Below the pieces are notes generated by a model. That model searched no databases, had not been told where the DNA came from, and worked only from the letters and a program-made list of their open reading frames with translations. Below are positions 16,255 to 17,791 of a DNA stretch of 17,791 bases, in pieces. The stretch's first letter is position 1; every line of letters begins with the position of its first letter. The stretch is from IMG/VR virus record IMGVR_UViG_2698536647_000006; one strand, written 5' to 3'. Made by a program: the position numbers and the translations under genes. Source of the DNA: a virus (lineage: Duplodnaviria > Heunggongvirae > Uroviricota > Caudoviricetes).

Positions 16255-16330
16255 GACTTTAGTAGACGTCAAAAGACGAACGGGGCTTTAATACGCGGAT
16301 TATAAGGGGTTTTGAAAGACTTTAGTAGAC
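16255..16330. repeat. 13-bp direct repeat GACTTTAGTAGAC (16255-16267 and 16318-16330) between int and the tRNA; candidate integrase arm-type sites
   Basis: Two exact copies read directly, 63 bp apart, inside the att-proximal non-coding region. Confidence 0.4.
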
Positions 16331-16347
16331 TTGGGGAGATGTTTGAA

Positions 16348-16423
16348 TGGTGCCGATAATAGGAGTCGAACCTACGACCTTCGCATTACGAATGCGCTGC
16401 TCTACCAACTGAGCTATATCGGC
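16348..16423 (-). tRNA. thrW: tRNA-Thr (anticodon CGU), intact with 3' CCA; island attachment site
   Basis: Minus strand reads GCCGATATAGCTCAGTTGGTAGAGCAGCGCATTCGTAATGCGAAGGTCGTAGGTTCGACTCCTATTATCGGCACCA, 76 nt with anticodon-loop TTCGTAA. Matches E. coli thrW as I recall it, and lies next to proA as in E. coli. Confidence 0.9.
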
Positions 16424-16537
16424 CCTGAAAGGACATGTTCACGAACGTGAATCACGGTGGACAAGGTTAAAACTAACCGGGCGATGCGTCAATGGCCTTG
16501 TGAATCAAATGGCTACTTTTGCATCACCCGGTTTTAT

Positions 16538-17791
16538 TTACGCACGAATGGTGTAATCACCAATGCCGATCCACTTGTAAGTGGTCAGTGCTTCCAGCCC
16601 CATTGGGCCACGCGCGTGGAGTTTTTGTGTGCTTACCGCGACTTCCGCACCCAGTCCAAACTGGCCGCCGTCGGTAAAACGCGTAGAGGCGTTAACGTAA
16701 ACAGCGGAAGAATCCACTTCGTTAACAAAACGCTGGGCGTTGCGCATATCGCGGGTCAGGATCGCATCGGAGTGTTGTGTGCCGTGTTCACGAATATGGG
16801 CGATGGCATCGTCAAGATCGCTGACGATTTTGACGTTCAAATCTAATGACAGAAACTCATCGTCATACTCTTCCGCTTTAACCGCCACCACCTTCGCGGG
16901 GCCTGTCTGCAACTGCGCCAGCGCAGCTGCATCTGCGTGTAATGTCACGCCGCTTTCCGCCATTTGTTTGCTTAATGCGGGCAGGAAGCTATCTGCTATG
17001 TTTTTATTTACCAGCAACGTTTCAACCGTATTACATGTGCTCGGACGCTGGGTTTTCGCGTTGACGATTACTTTCAGGGCTTCAGCGATCTCTGCACTTT
17101 CATCAACGTAAATATGGCATACGCCTATACCACCAGTGATCACCGGGATTGTCGACTGTTCACGGCACAGTTTATGCAAACCAGCGCCACCACGCGGGAT
17201 CAGCATGTCGATGTATTTATCCATACGCAGCATTTCACTGACCAGCGCACGGTCAGGATTATCAATCGCCTGCACGGCACCCGCCGGTAAGCAACAGGAT
17301 TTCAGGGCGTCCTGAATCACCGCCACCGTTGCCGCGTTAGTGCGACAGGTTTCTTTGCCACCACGCAGGATCACCGCATTACCGGTTTTCAGGCACAGCG
17401 AAGCGACATCAACCGTCACGTTCGGGCGCGCTTCATAAATCACGCCAATAACCCCCAGCGGTACGCGACGACGCTCAAGACGCAGGCCGCTGTCCAGTAT
17501 GCCGCCATCGATTACCTGCCCCACCGGATCGGCGAGGTTGCACACCTGACGTACATCGTCGGCAATGCCTTTCAGCCGTGCGGGCGTCAGTGCCAGACGG
17601 TCAAGCATCGCTTCGCTAAGGCCATTGGCTCGCGCGTCAGCAACATCCTGGGCGTTAGCGTTGAGGATGATTTCGCTTTGTGCTTCCAGTTCATCGGCGA
17701 TTTTTTCCAGCACGCGATTTTTTTCGCGGCTGGAGAGTTGCGCTAATTTATACGAGGCTTGCTTCGCGGCAATGCCCATTTGTTCCAGCAT
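16538..17791 (-). CDS. proA: Gamma-glutamyl phosphate reductase
   Basis: 417-aa ORF beginning [20 protein letters not shown], recognised as enterobacterial ProA; its start codon falls at the last three bases of the window. Confidence 0.95.
   Translation of the reverse strand: MLEQMGIAAKQASYKLAQLSSREKNRVLEKIADELEAQSEIILNANAQDVADARANGLSEAMLDRLALTPARLKGIADDVRQVCNLADPVGQVIDGGILDSGLRLERRRVPLGVIGVIYEARPNVTVDVASLCLKTGNAVILRGGKETCRTNAATVAVIQDALKSCCLPAGAVQAIDNPDRALVSEMLRMDKYIDMLIPRGGAGLHKLCREQSTIPVITGGIGVCHIYVDESAEIAEALKVIVNAKTQRPSTCNTVETLLVNKNIADSFLPALSKQMAESGVTLHADAAALAQLQTGPAKVVAVKAEEYDDEFLSLDLNVKIVSDLDDAIAHIREHGTQHSDAILTRDMRNAQRFVNEVDSSAVYVNASTRFTDGGQFGLGAEVAVSTQKLHARGPMGLEALTTYKWIGIGDYTIRA

Larger units (their letters stand above)
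1..16423. mobile_element. Integrative island (satellite-phage/PICI-like or P4-family-like) inserted at tRNA-Thr; left boundary outside the window
   Basis: Integrase (14968-16182) sits next to the tRNA 3' end and is followed by alpA, antirepressor-like, primase-helicase, iteron clusters and accessory cargo, all typical of tRNA-targeting islands. No second copy of the tRNA 3' end was found in the window, so the left att site is not visible. Confidence 0.75.

Noticed and set aside
16457-17111. Plus-strand ORFs 16457-16846 and 16740-17111
   Set aside because: Antisense to proA, a conserved core gene.

Overview
This window is the right-hand ~16.4 kb of an integrative, satellite-phage-like genomic island inserted at the 3' end of tRNA-Thr(CGU) (thrW), next to the core gene proA (16538-17791). 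The island's left end lies outside the window. Reading inward from the tRNA, all on the minus strand: a P4-type tyrosine integrase, AlpA, an antirepressor-like gene, a chain of translationally coupled small ORFs, and a 918-aa zinc-finger/TOPRIM/P-loop primase-helicase. Beyond the primase, two ~125-bp clusters of the 9-mer GTTGGTTCA/TGAACCAAC (607-735 and 7695-7810) form an imperfect inverted repeat bracketing a ~6.9-kb accessory module. That module holds an Abi_2-family (AbiD/AbiF-like) abortive-infection gene, an RHH-like regulator with tandem operator-like repeats, and the most interesting locus. This locus is a LexA-box-fronted operon: an unannotated 57-codon RHH-like ORF, then 482-aa and 701-aa low-complexity proteins, the last with a C-terminal hydrophobic hairpin. 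It faces a convergent small 4-TM membrane protein gene. I could not assign this operon to any family from sequence alone; it is the best candidate for an undescribed toxin/immunity- or defence-type system. All family calls are from reading the translations by eye, with no database search run.
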